From Terriglobia bacterium (GTDB lineage Bacteria; Pseudomonadota; Alphaproteobacteria; Acetobacterales; Acetobacteraceae), in NCBI GenBank assembly GCA_023511585.1, contig JAIMBF010000003.1, positions 6,537-70,536 of the forward strand: 64,000 nt of DNA. The letters are read 5' to 3'. Position numbers and translations under genes: made by a program. Positions within the stretch are counted from its first letter, which is position 1, and each line of letters opens with the position of its first letter. The notes beneath the pieces are model-generated. The model ran no database searches. It had not been told where the DNA came from and saw only the letters and a program-made list of their open reading frames with translations. This document shows, piece after piece, positions 18,783-27,995 of this stretch.

Positions 18783-19352
18783 ATGCCGGCAATGATCCCC
18801 GAGAAAACAACCGAAAGCGCGTGGAACGTTGTCGTAACTATTGCAGAAAATGCATTTCGCGATGCCCATCGCTTGCTTAGCCGTTGGGGCCGGGTGATGC
18901 GCACCAGTTTCTACAACGTGCTTGCGGTGCAGGTGAAAGACCCGCATCTGTTCCTAACAGAATTCGCTGCTGCTGTGGCCAATGCACCTCACTTGCTCAA
19001 CATTATCTCCCGCGTGGTGCCCGCGCATCATACATTCCACTTTCTCACTCGCGAAGAATTCGAACAAAAGGTGCGCGACATCGTGTTGAAATGGTTGCCG
19101 GAGCTTGCAGGTGCAAGCTTCCATGTTCGCATCCGTCGCCGCGGGGGAAAGAGGGTGCTTTCGCCGCGCGCGACCGAGCGTTTTCTGGATGAAATGCTGC
19201 TTCGGGCGCTAGAGGCGCAGGGCACGCCCGGTCGCATTAATTTCGACGATCCCGATAGGATCATCCAAATTGAAACCATCAATGACCGTGCCGGCGTGTC
19301 GCTTTGGAGCCGCGAGCATCGGCTCAATTATCCTTTTCTCGGCATCGATTAG
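18783..19352 (+). CDS. THUMP-domain RNA-binding protein (stand-alone)
   Basis: The C-terminal half resembles the THUMP fold of ThiI-type proteins (SFHVRIRRRGGKRVLSPRATERFLDE...INFDDPDRIIQIETINDRAGVSLW). No catalytic domain is attached. Confidence 0.55.
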   Translation: MPAMIPEKTTESAWNVVVTIAENAFRDAHRLLSRWGRVMRTSFYNVLAVQVKDPHLFLTEFAAAVANAPHLLNIISRVVPAHHTFHFLTREEFEQKVRDIVLKWLPELAGASFHVRIRRRGGKRVLSPRATERFLDEMLLRALEAQGTPGRINFDDPDRIIQIETINDRAGVSLWSREHRLNYPFLGID

Positions 19353-19376
19353 CGGGAATTCCCGGTATTTTTTTTA
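19353..19376 (+). terminator. Weak rho-independent terminator after the THUMP gene
   Basis: Short palindrome cgggaattcccg immediately followed by a T9 run (with one interruption). Confidence 0.4.
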
Positions 19377-19483
19377 CAATCGAGGTTGATATCAAAGCGC
19401 CCGTGCAGGGCGCTGGCGGAACTTCAGTATCCAAGATAAGATAGAGCTGTTACGCCAAGCAAAAACGGCCGACAGATAAAACA

Positions 19484-20518
19484 ATGCGCCCGAGTATTCA
19501 TTGCGAGCTTGTCAACGGCCCGTTCGGAGATCCGGCCGTCTACGCCGATATCATGTTTGAGCGGCGCGCCTTGCTCTTCGATCTCGGGGATATCAGAGAG
19601 CTTCCGCCGCGAAAGCTCCTTCGTGTCACCCATGTATTCGTCAGCCATACCCATATGGATCATTTCTCCGGTTTCGACCATCTGCTGCGATTGATGCTCG
19701 GTCGCGAGAAAACAATCGCCCTCTACGGTCCTGCCGGATTCATCGACAAAGTGGGACACAAGCTGCAAGCTTACACCTGGAATGTCATTCAAAACTATGC
19801 GGGAAACCTCGTCTTTGACGTCTATGAGGTGCATGATAACGGAACCCTGCGCAATGCACGTTTTCGTTCGCTCAGCGTCTTCCAGCCCGAGTTGCAACCC
19901 GATCTTCACATAAAAGACGATGAATTAACGTCATGCGGTGCGTTCAAAATACGCTGCGCGGTCTTGGATCACGGGATCCCCTGCCTCGGCTTCGCACTCG
20001 AAGAAGCCGCCCACGTGAATGTTTGGAAAACCAAGCTTGATCAACTCGGCCTTGCCGTCGGCCCCTGGTTGCGTGATTTGAAACACGCCGTTTTGACCGG
20101 AGCACCCATGAACACCCCGATTCGGGCATTGAAGCGTAGCGCCGACGGCGTAATGCCGGTGACATTGCCTTTTCGTGATTTGTGCGGCCTCGTTCAGATC
20201 ACTGCAGGGCAAAAAATCGCTTATATTGTCGATGTGCGCTATCATCCCTCAAATGCCGAGCGCATTCAGCATTTGGCATTCGGGGCAGATCTTTTATTTA
20301 TTGAAAGCCCTTTCCTGGAAGCCGATTCGGCGCACGCGGCCCGGAAAAACCACTTGACAGCCCTCCAGGCCGGGACGCTTGCGGCGCACGCGCAGGTGAA
20401 ACAGTTTCTACCTTTTCACTTTTCCCCACGTTACACAGACCGAGGTGAGGCATTGCTGGAGGAAGCGATGCGTGCTTTCTCCGGGGCGCTGAAGAATGCG
20501 GCTATCGCGGATGGATAA
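19484..20518 (+). CDS. MBL-fold metallo-hydrolase (RNase Z / RNase BN-like)
   Basis: Metallo-beta-lactamase motif HVFVSHTHMDHFSG; 344 aa. Confidence 0.8.
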   Translation: MRPSIHCELVNGPFGDPAVYADIMFERRALLFDLGDIRELPPRKLLRVTHVFVSHTHMDHFSGFDHLLRLMLGREKTIALYGPAGFIDKVGHKLQAYTWNVIQNYAGNLVFDVYEVHDNGTLRNARFRSLSVFQPELQPDLHIKDDELTSCGAFKIRCAVLDHGIPCLGFALEEAAHVNVWKTKLDQLGLAVGPWLRDLKHAVLTGAPMNTPIRALKRSADGVMPVTLPFRDLCGLVQITAGQKIAYIVDVRYHPSNAERIQHLAFGADLLFIESPFLEADSAHAARKNHLTALQAGTLAAHAQVKQFLPFHFSPRYTDRGEALLEEAMRAFSGALKNAAIADG

Positions 20519-20719
20519 CGGATCACGCATGAGCATCCTCCTGGGCATGGGGTCGGGAAGAACCTCTGTCCTCTCCCCGCCGGCCTATTCTCCCGCCGGT
20601 GCGCGGTTCCGCTTCATGCCGCTGAAAGCCGGGCCGGCCGGGGCCGAGGCGGCAAACTTCCCTGCCCTTCACTGCAGAAATCGCGTTGACAAAGATCGTA
20701 CGGCTCGCTAGCACCAAAT

Positions 20720-21427
20720 ATGGTGTCTGTTTCCGATTCTCGCCCTACCATTAGGGTCCGTGGTCGTTCCTTTATGGCGCTGGTGCTGACGCCAGAACAG
20801 CCGCTTGCGGACTGGTTGGCCGCGCTTGACGCCCAAATCGCCCGTGCCCCCGCTTTTTTTGACTCCCGCCCCGTGTTGCTTGATCTTGCGGCCCTTCCGC
20901 GCGAGCAGCCCGACGTTGCCGGCCTTATTGCGAAGCTCGCCGAACGCGGCATTCGCATTATCGGCACGGAAGGGGCACACCCCTCCTGGAAAGGCGTTGA
21001 GAAATGGGGCGGGCCGATTACCGGCGGCAAAGGCGGCAGGCCGGTGGAAGTTCCCGATGAGCGCATTTCCGGCGTTCTTCCCCCCCAGGCCGCGGAGCCT
21101 GCTTCGCTCATCATCGAGCAGCCTGTCCGCTCCGGCCAGTCCATTGTGCACGAGGCAGGCGATATAACCATCATCGGGGCGGTGGCTTGGGGCGCAGAAA
21201 TCATCGCCGGCGGCTCGATCCATGTCTACGGAGCGTTGCGCGGCCGTGCCATAGCCGGTTTGTCCGGCAATAAAGGCGCGCGCATCTTTTGCCGCAAGCT
21301 GGAAGCCGAGCTGCTGGCAATCGACGGCTTCTATAAAACCGCCGAAGATATGGACCGGGCGCTCTTCGGCCGCGCCGTGCAGGCCTGGCTCGATGGCGAA
21401 GCTTTGATGATGGCAGCATTGGACTGA
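20720..21427 (+). CDS. minC: Septum site-determining protein MinC
   Basis: C-terminal beta-helix motif (VRSGQSIVHEAGDITIIGAVAWGAEIIAGGSIHVYGALRGRAIAG), directly upstream of minD. Confidence 0.9.
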   Translation: MVSVSDSRPTIRVRGRSFMALVLTPEQPLADWLAALDAQIARAPAFFDSRPVLLDLAALPREQPDVAGLIAKLAERGIRIIGTEGAHPSWKGVEKWGGPITGGKGGRPVEVPDERISGVLPPQAAEPASLIIEQPVRSGQSIVHEAGDITIIGAVAWGAEIIAGGSIHVYGALRGRAIAGLSGNKGARIFCRKLEAELLAIDGFYKTAEDMDRALFGRAVQAWLDGEALMMAALD

Positions 21428-21443
21428 GGGAAGGAGAGAAGCG

Positions 21444-22265
21444 ATGGCGCAAGTCGTGGTTGTGACCTCCGGCAAGGGCGGCGTCGGCAAGACGACCTCG
21501 ACGGCCGCCCTTGGGGCCGCCCTGGCACAAGGCGGCGAAAATGTAGTCGTGGTTGATTTCGACGTGGGCCTCCGCAACCTCGACCTAGTAATGGGGGCCG
21601 AACGACGCGTCGTTTTCGATCTCATCAACGTGATCCACGGCGAGGCGAAACTCACCCAGGCGCTGATCCGCGACAAACGGTTGGAAAATCTTGCGCTTCT
21701 CCCCGCTTCTCAAACCCGCGACAAAGAAGCGCTGACCCCCGAAGGGGTGGAGCGTGTCATCGGCGAGTTACGCACAAAGTTTGACTGGATCATATGCGAT
21801 AGTCCCGCCGGGATCGAGCGTGGCGCCACCATGGCGATGCGGTATGCGGATATCGCCATTGTGGTCACCAACGCCGAAGTTTCTTCGGTGCGCGATTCGG
21901 ATCGGATTATCGGCCTTCTCGATGCGAAAACCGAAAAGGCGGAGCGCGGGCAGAAAATGCCCAAGCACTTGTTGCTCACCCGCTATGACCCCGCCCGGGC
22001 CGCCCGTGGAGAAATGTTGAAGACCGAAGATGTGCTTGAGATTCTTTCAATCCCGCTGCTCGGCATCATTCCCGAAAGCCAAGACGTGCTGAAAGCGTCC
22101 AATCTCGGCTCGCCGGTGACTTTAAGCAGCCCGAACTCGGCGGTTGCGCGGGCGTATGTCGAAGCATCCCGGCGATTGAAGGGAGAACAAATTAAGCTCA
22201 CTTTGCCAGCCGAAGCGAGACGTGGCCTGATCGGCAAGCTCTTCGGACGGAGGGCTATCGCATGA
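21444..22265 (+). CDS. minD: Septum site-determining ATPase MinD
   Basis: Deviant Walker [11 protein letters not shown]; C-terminal amphipathic helix ([10 protein letters not shown]); 273 aa. Confidence 0.95.
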   Translation: MAQVVVVTSGKGGVGKTTSTAALGAALAQGGENVVVVDFDVGLRNLDLVMGAERRVVFDLINVIHGEAKLTQALIRDKRLENLALLPASQTRDKEALTPEGVERVIGELRTKFDWIICDSPAGIERGATMAMRYADIAIVVTNAEVSSVRDSDRIIGLLDAKTEKAERGQKMPKHLLLTRYDPARAARGEMLKTEDVLEILSIPLLGIIPESQDVLKASNLGSPVTLSSPNSAVARAYVEASRRLKGEQIKLTLPAEARRGLIGKLFGRRAIA

Positions 22266-22543
22266 ACTTGCTCGCTTTTTTCCGTCGTCGTGACTCAGCG
22301 CCGGTGGCACGCGAGCGTCTGCAGGTGCTGCTCGCGCATGAGCGTGCGGTACTTGGCGGCTCCGATCTTATTTCCGTGCTGCAGGAGGAGATTCTGGCGG
22401 TCATCGCGCGGCATGTCGCGGTGGATCGCGATAAGGTCCAGATCAGACTTGATCGCGGCGATCTTGTCTCGACGTTGGAGGTCGATGTCGAAGTGCCGAG
22501 CACGCTCCCGAACGCACCGCGCACGGCCCATGCACGGGCTTGA
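22262..22543 (+). CDS. minE: Cell division topological specificity factor MinE
   Basis: 4-nt overlap with minD. Typical N-terminus [23 protein letters not shown]; 93 aa. Confidence 0.9.
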   Translation: MNLLAFFRRRDSAPVARERLQVLLAHERAVLGGSDLISVLQEEILAVIARHVAVDRDKVQIRLDRGDLVSTLEVDVEVPSTLPNAPRTAHARA

Positions 22544-22590
22544 CGCTTCGCCTCCGGCGCGGCCGAGAAAAAGCCGGAAGATGCGTGATC

Positions 22591-24021
22591 TTATCCTTTG
22601 ATGCAGATAACAGGTCGCAGCCGCGCCACACGGCGCGCAAGCCCCGCACGTTCGGCGGCGTAGACCACCTCGCCCACATCTTTGTAAGCGCCGGGGGCTT
22701 CCTCTGCCACGCCGCGCAGAGACGGCGAGCGCACCAAAATTCCCCGCGAGGCAAGTTCATCCACAATCTGCCGCCCGCTCCACGTCCTTGCGGCAGCATA
22801 GCGGGACATCGCGCGTCCGGCACCATGGCAGGCCGAGGAAAAAGCCAGCTTTTCGGAGCCCTCCACACCCACCAGGATGTAAGAGGCGGTGCCCATACTG
22901 CCGCCGATCAGAACCGGCTGGCCGACATCTCTGAACTCGGCCGGCAATGCCGGATGCCCGGGGCCGAAGGCCCGCGTCGCCCCCTTGCGGTGCACATAGA
23001 GTTCCCGAAGTTTTCCGTTCACTTGGTGCTCTTCGACCTTGCAGGTGTTGTGCGAGACATCAAAGAGAAGCGGCACCGTTGCCTCAGGAAAAAAATGTTT
23101 GATCGTACGGCGGGCGAAATGGCCAAGGATCTCCCGATTGGCGAGAGCGCAATTGATCGCGGCCCGCATGGCGCCGAGATAGCGCTGCCCGACCTCTGAA
23201 AGAATAGGCGCGCACGCCAACTCGCGATCCGGCAGTACGAGTCCCGCGGCTTGCGCGGCGGTAACCATCTCCTTCAGGAATTCGGTTCCGATCTGGTGCC
23301 CCAAGCCGCGCGAGCCGCAATGGATCGTTACCACAACTTCCCCAAGCGCAAGCCGAAAGGCATCGGCAACGGCAGGGGCAAAAATCTCGTCGATCACTTG
23401 GATTTCCAGATAATGGTTGCCGGAACCGAGCGTGCCCATTTCATGCCGTTGGCGCTCTTTGGCGCGCGCAGAAACAAATTCCGGTCGCGCTCCTTCCATT
23501 CGCCCGGCCTCTTCAATTCGGCCCAAATCCTCGGGTTCACCCCAGCCGCGCTCCACGGCCCAGGCCGCACCGCCGGTTAACATCGCATCCATTTCCCGAG
23601 CATCAAGCGTAATCGCGCCTTCGCTGCCAAGCCCGGCAGGAATGGCCCGGGCGAGTGAATCGGCAAGCGCTACTTTGACGCGCTCGACTTCCGCAAGCGG
23701 AATTCCCGTCGTCATGGTGCGCACGCCGCAGGAGATGTCGAAACCCACACCGCCGGCCGAGACAACGCCGCCCTGTTCTGCGTCAAAAGCGGCGACCCCG
23801 CCGATGGGAAAGCCGTAACCCCAATGCGCATCGGGCATCACGAAACTCGCCCCGACAATACCGGGCAATGATGCCACGTTGCTGGCCTGCTCCGCCACCT
23901 TATCATCCATTCCTCGAATCAGCGCCTCATCGGCATAGATAACGGCCGGCACGCGCATCGCTCCCGTGGGCTCGATTTGCCATGTCACATCGTTGAGCTT
24001 CGTCAGACGTGCAGGATCCAT
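22591..24021 (-). CDS. rtcB: RNA-splicing ligase RtcB
   Basis: From MDPARLTKLN (ATG at 24021). RtcB motifs GSGNHYLEIQ, HCGSRGLGHQ and SACHGAGR; 476 aa. Confidence 0.9.
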   Translation of the reverse strand: MDPARLTKLNDVTWQIEPTGAMRVPAVIYADEALIRGMDDKVAEQASNVASLPGIVGASFVMPDAHWGYGFPIGGVAAFDAEQGGVVSAGGVGFDISCGVRTMTTGIPLAEVERVKVALADSLARAIPAGLGSEGAITLDAREMDAMLTGGAAWAVERGWGEPEDLGRIEEAGRMEGARPEFVSARAKERQRHEMGTLGSGNHYLEIQVIDEIFAPAVADAFRLALGEVVVTIHCGSRGLGHQIGTEFLKEMVTAAQAAGLVLPDRELACAPILSEVGQRYLGAMRAAINCALANREILGHFARRTIKHFFPEATVPLLFDVSHNTCKVEEHQVNGKLRELYVHRKGATRAFGPGHPALPAEFRDVGQPVLIGGSMGTASYILVGVEGSEKLAFSSACHGAGRAMSRYAAARTWSGRQIVDELASRGILVRSPSLRGVAEEAPGAYKDVGEVVYAAERAGLARRVARLRPVICIKG

Positions 24022-24047
24022 GGTTCGTGCCCCTTGTTCCTCTCCGC

Positions 24048-24512
24048 TCAGACATCGATCACGCAAGCAGCGATCCAACGCCCATCGGGCGTACGAGCAA
24101 CACGGAGCGCGGTGTAAGTCGCTCCTTTCGGCTCCACAGCGGGGAGATGCCGAGCGACATCCAGCTTCTCCCCCCACATCCTCCCCGCCAAGCATTGTGT
24201 GCCGTCGAAAGTTACCTCAAAGCGGCCGAACACCATGCTTCGTGTCGCCATTTCAAAAATAATAGCGTTGAGCCATTCCACCAGAAGGAGCTCAAGTTCG
24301 GGTGCGGTACGAACGATCTTGACGTCCTCCAAGGGGCGGACTTCTTGATCCGTCACAATCCGCGTAAGTGCCAAGGCCGCTTGTTCGAAAGCCTTCTCCG
24401 GGCTCGGTCCCCAGCCGCGCACACCGATATCGGCATCATGTGCAAAATGTTCCCAGCCCGTTTCCGAAGGCGGATTTGCTTGCTCTGCTCCGACGTTTTC
24501 TGCTGGGCTCAT
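24048..24512 (-). CDS. Archease (RtcB activator)
   Basis: 154 aa beginning ..GWEHFAHDADIGVRGWGPSPEKAFEQAALAL, an archease N-terminal signature. It lies 26 nt upstream of rtcB on the same strand. Confidence 0.8.
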   Translation of the reverse strand: MSPAENVGAEQANPPSETGWEHFAHDADIGVRGWGPSPEKAFEQAALALTRIVTDQEVRPLEDVKIVRTAPELELLLVEWLNAIIFEMATRSMVFGRFEVTFDGTQCLAGRMWGEKLDVARHLPAVEPKGATYTALRVARTPDGRWIAACVIDV

Positions 24513-24664
24513 CGCTGACTTCCGAGCATTTATCCAGAAAGGCGTTTACCGCGCATCGTGTAGAAAATCCTTGATCCCGCTCAATACAGCGAAAAGCTCG
24601 CTCGCGGTGGAAAGATTTCAACCAGCGGTTTCGTTGAATTTCGCATAGGAAGGCAGAACAGCCG

Positions 24665-25201
24665 ATGCAACGGCATCATCCTTTTTATACAATTGGCCAT
24701 TCTCGCCGATCGGTGGAAGAGCTCGCGAGCTTGCTTCGCGAAGCAGGTGTGACTCTTCTCGTCGACGTTCGGACAATCCCCCGTTCGCGCACCAATCCGC
24801 AGTTCAACGCCGATACGCTTCCCGACGCACTGATCCCCTACGGGATCGGGTATCGTCATATCCGCAAACTCGGCGGTCTGCGAGGCCCGCGAAAAGATCG
24901 GCAGCCGTCACCCAACACGTTTTGGCAGAATGAAAGTTTTCGGAATTATGCCGACTATACGGCCACATCGGATTTTCGCGAGGGGCTGGCGGAACTGCGC
25001 GAACTCGGCCGCAGCCATACCTCTGCCATCATGTGCGCAGAGGCGCTTTGGTGGCGCTGTCATCGCCGTATCATTGCGGATTACTTGCTCGTGCTTGGCG
25101 AAGATGTCTTTCATATCATGGCGCCGGGAAAGATCGAGCGCGCAAGCCTCACCCCCTCAGCGGTTCGGGAACCGGACGGCAGTTTGGTCTACCCCGCATA
25201 G
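24665..25201 (+). CDS. DUF488-family protein
   Basis: N-terminus FYTIGHSRRSVEELASLLREAGVTLLVDVRTIPRSRTNPQFN and C-terminal CAEALWWRCHRRIIADYL are characteristic of DUF488. Confidence 0.8.
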   Translation: MQRHHPFYTIGHSRRSVEELASLLREAGVTLLVDVRTIPRSRTNPQFNADTLPDALIPYGIGYRHIRKLGGLRGPRKDRQPSPNTFWQNESFRNYADYTATSDFREGLAELRELGRSHTSAIMCAEALWWRCHRRIIADYLLVLGEDVFHIMAPGKIERASLTPSAVREPDGSLVYPA

Positions 25202-25292
25202 TCTCTGAACGATACCGCCGATAGCCTGCAAGACGATCCCCGGCACACGGATGGCGCTCGGCGCGAATGAAAAAGCAACAATCGGGTAGCAT

Positions 25293-26444
25293 GTGCCCGC
25301 ATTGTGGCCGATATTTCGCAGCATGACTGAAACACCCGTGCAGAATGGCGGCCGGCGCCTCGAGAAACTCGATCCCGCAACCTGTTGGGCCGCTCTTTGT
25401 GCCCGCGATGCGCGTTATGATGGCAGGTTCGTCTATACCGTGAAAACAACAGGCGTCTATTGTCGGCCCTCCTGCCGTTCTCGGCTGCCGCGGTTCGAGA
25501 ATGTTACCTTTTTTCCCACCCCCGCCGAGGCCGAAAAAGCAGGGTTCCGGCCTTGCAAACGCTGCCGCCCGGCCGAACCCTCGCCGGTGGAACGCCACCG
25601 CCGCGCCATCGAGCGCGCCTGCGCGCTCATCCGCGACGCAGAGGCCGCGCTTGATCTCTCTCAACTTGCCGCGGCCGTGGGCATGAGCCGCCATCATTTC
25701 CACCGTGTTTTCACTGAGATCGTGGGCTCTACGCCGGGGGCCTATCTGCGCACCCATCGGTTGCGGCGTCTCGCGACGGAATTGGAGAGCGGCGTGCCCG
25801 TAGCCGAGGCGGTCTATGCCGCCGGTTTCACCTCGAGCTCGCGCGCGTATGCCGCAGCCCCCGGGGGCCTGGGAATGACGCCGGGCGCCAGGCGCCGCGG
25901 CGGTGCCGGACAAATCATCCGCTACGCGACTGCCCGAACTTGGATCGGCTGGGTCATCCTTGCGGTAAGCGCGCGCGGGGTCTGCGCTGTCGCCTTCGGA
26001 GACGAACCGGAATCTCTTGTGGCCGATTTGCGCCGACGCTTCGCTTCCGCCACCCTCATCGAAGACCGGAAAGATTTGCATTCCTGGATGCAAAAGCTCG
26101 TCGATTATTTGGCCGCACCGGGGGCAAGAGCGCTTGATTTGCCGCTCGATATTCAGGGCACTGCGTTTCAGGCGCGCGTTTGGCAGGCGCTTCGAAAAAT
26201 CCCGCCCGGGCAGACTGTCAGCTACGCCGATATCGCCGCCGCGCTCGGCCAGCCGAATGCCGTTCGCGCCGTGGCGCGGGCGTGTGCCAGCAACCCCATC
26301 GCACTCTTTATCCCCTGCCATCGTGCGGTGCGGTCCGACGGAGGGCTTGCGGGATATCGATGGGGCGTGGAACGCAAACGCGCCCTGCTCGCAGCGGAAA
26401 AGCGCAGCGCTGAGGAGGCACCGAAGAAGAAGAATCCGGGCTAA
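25293..26444 (+). CDS. ada: Bifunctional Ada: methylphosphotriester-DNA methyltransferase / AraC-type regulator / O6-methylguanine-DNA methyltransferase
   Basis: Ada zinc site (YCRPSCRSR ... PCKRCRP), AraC HTH (GMSRHHFHRVF), C-terminal Ogt domain with PCHRAV active site. The start may be Met 25323. Confidence 0.85.
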   Translation: MPALWPIFRSMTETPVQNGGRRLEKLDPATCWAALCARDARYDGRFVYTVKTTGVYCRPSCRSRLPRFENVTFFPTPAEAEKAGFRPCKRCRPAEPSPVERHRRAIERACALIRDAEAALDLSQLAAAVGMSRHHFHRVFTEIVGSTPGAYLRTHRLRRLATELESGVPVAEAVYAAGFTSSSRAYAAAPGGLGMTPGARRRGGAGQIIRYATARTWIGWVILAVSARGVCAVAFGDEPESLVADLRRRFASATLIEDRKDLHSWMQKLVDYLAAPGARALDLPLDIQGTAFQARVWQALRKIPPGQTVSYADIAAALGQPNAVRAVARACASNPIALFIPCHRAVRSDGGLAGYRWGVERKRALLAAEKRSAEEAPKKKNPG

Positions 26445-26477
26445 ACCGCCCGCCGCACCGCCGAAGCCGGCCAAGGC
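26169..26477. repeat. Direct repeat copy A (last 91 codons of ada, its stop codon, plus 33 bp downstream)
   Basis: Aligns without indels to 42701-43009 with 13 substitutions by manual alignment. Confidence 0.9.
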
Positions 26478-27142
26478 GAAGCCGCGCTCGCCGGCCGTAT
26501 CGCCGGCTCGAAGGGTGGGCGCGCCCGAGGTGGCCGAGGCGACCGATCCGCTGCCGGCGGAGATGTGGGCTGCCGAGCTGGCTGGGCTGCTCGCGTTCAC
26601 GTCGGGACAGCGCATCACCGATCCGGCCCGGCCGGCGTAATGTTTCGCGCCATTATCCGCTGGCCACTGAGCGGCCGATGGAAATCGGTTCTGCCGGAAT
26701 GGATTGTGGCGGGGTACTCCCGCCGCTGCCGCTCGGGAGTCGCTATCTCCGAGTCTGGGCTTTTTTCAGCTCCTTTCCGCCGATCCCACGTTTTCCGTCC
26801 TGTTCGGAGCCGCGCCAACTCTGCACTATGCGTTACGCCCGTTCGGGCAAATGCTGGGGCAAAACCATCCGGCCGCGTCTATCACTGCCCGAGCCATCGG
26901 CTGCGACCGAACCGGCACCGTACCAAAAAAGCTCCGCTTGTACCCGCGCCTGTTTGAGCCACAGACCTACCCCTGTTCCTGGGAGCACTGGTACTCAATC
27001 GCTGACAGCTCGCCTGTCACCGCCCGAGCAAAAACTCAAGACTTTCATCTCCTGATTAACAACAAACGCCTTCACCGTTCCGTCCGGACCAATGACATCG
27101 CCTATCATTGGTCATCAGCAGCAACGCCGCGGTTCAGCTCAA

Positions 27143-27982
27143 TCATTCAATCGGGGCTAACACAAAGTCGTAATAGGAGCGCCACACGGTGCGCCCATCT
27201 TGCACGCGCTCGAACGGCGCAATCAGACTGGCCTTTACCCCAAACACGGCATCGCTTTCGAGAAACGGGTCGTCGCCGACGAAGGTATGCGTGACCAGCC
27301 GTTGATAACCCGGTGCGGTGACCATGAAGTGCATATGCGCCGGCCGATACGGATGCCGCCCAAGCAGCCGCAGCAATTGTCCGACCGGCCCATCGTTCGG
27401 GATCGGATAGCTCACCGGCTTAATGCCGATGAACTCGTATTTTCCGTCCGATCCGGTGATGAAAACACCGCGATTGTTCCACTTATCCTGAATGCCGGGC
27501 TGTTGGACGGAATAGAACCCTTCGGCATTATCGGACCACACATCTACCCGTGCGCCTGCGATCGGCCGGCCTTGCAGATCAATCACGCGCCCGGTGTAGA
27601 GGCAGCTTTCCCCCTTTCCGTCGCTGGAGATATTGTCACCCATTTGCCGCTCCGGCGCACCTGCAACATAGAAGGGGCCGAGAACGGTGTTTTCCGTCGC
27701 GCCCGCGGGGCGGCGGTTGTTAATCGCATCAACCAGCATCGAAACGCCGAGCACGTCCGAAAGCAGGATAAATTCCTGCCTTTCGGCGCTGCACATCTGG
27801 CCGGTCTTGGTTAGGAAATCGATGGCTCTCTCCCACTCTTCTTGCGTGAGCTCCACCTCCTTGATGAAGGCATGCAGGTGGCGCACAAGCGCCGCCATCA
27901 CCCGCCGCAGGCGGGGCGGGGCATCAACGCTCATGCGGCCATTTACCGCCTCGATCGAGTTCTGTTCCGCGAAATATGTCAT
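27143..27982 (-). CDS. Intradiol ring-cleavage dioxygenase, hydroxyquinol 1,2-dioxygenase-like
   Basis: From MTYFAEQNS. Intradiol motifs LGPFYVAGAP and GRHPYRPAHMHFMV, next to maleylacetate reductase. Confidence 0.8.
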   Translation of the reverse strand: MTYFAEQNSIEAVNGRMSVDAPPRLRRVMAALVRHLHAFIKEVELTQEEWERAIDFLTKTGQMCSAERQEFILLSDVLGVSMLVDAINNRRPAGATENTVLGPFYVAGAPERQMGDNISSDGKGESCLYTGRVIDLQGRPIAGARVDVWSDNAEGFYSVQQPGIQDKWNNRGVFITGSDGKYEFIGIKPVSYPIPNDGPVGQLLRLLGRHPYRPAHMHFMVTAPGYQRLVTHTFVGDDPFLESDAVFGVKASLIAPFERVQDGRTVWRSYYDFVLAPIE

Positions 27983-27995
27983 CGTGTCTTCCTCC

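Noticed and set aside
20686-20714. TTGACA-17nt-TAGCAC element just upstream of minC
   Set aside because: The -10 hexamer is poor, and it would place the transcription start on the minC start codon (leaderless). This is not convincing without data.
20708-21676. 322-aa minus-strand ORF over minC/minD
   Set aside because: It is antisense to unmistakable minC and minD, so it is a shadow ORF.
25149-26618. 489-aa minus-strand ORF covering ada
   Set aside because: It is antisense to an ORF with Ada zinc, AraC HTH and PCHR motifs. The composition is Arg/Gly/Ala/Pro-rich shadow-frame, and part of it lies in the 309-bp repeat, which also produces the look-alike ORF 42449-43006.
26478-27142. 665-bp gap after ada / repeat copy A searched for gene remnants, att sites or RNA genes
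   Set aside because: Only short hairpins are present (for example ctcgggag..ctccgag followed by T6 at about 26741-26775, and ccaatga..tcattgg at about 27089-27111). There is no protein-like frame and no tRNA-like sequence. It is left unannotated rather than over-interpreted.
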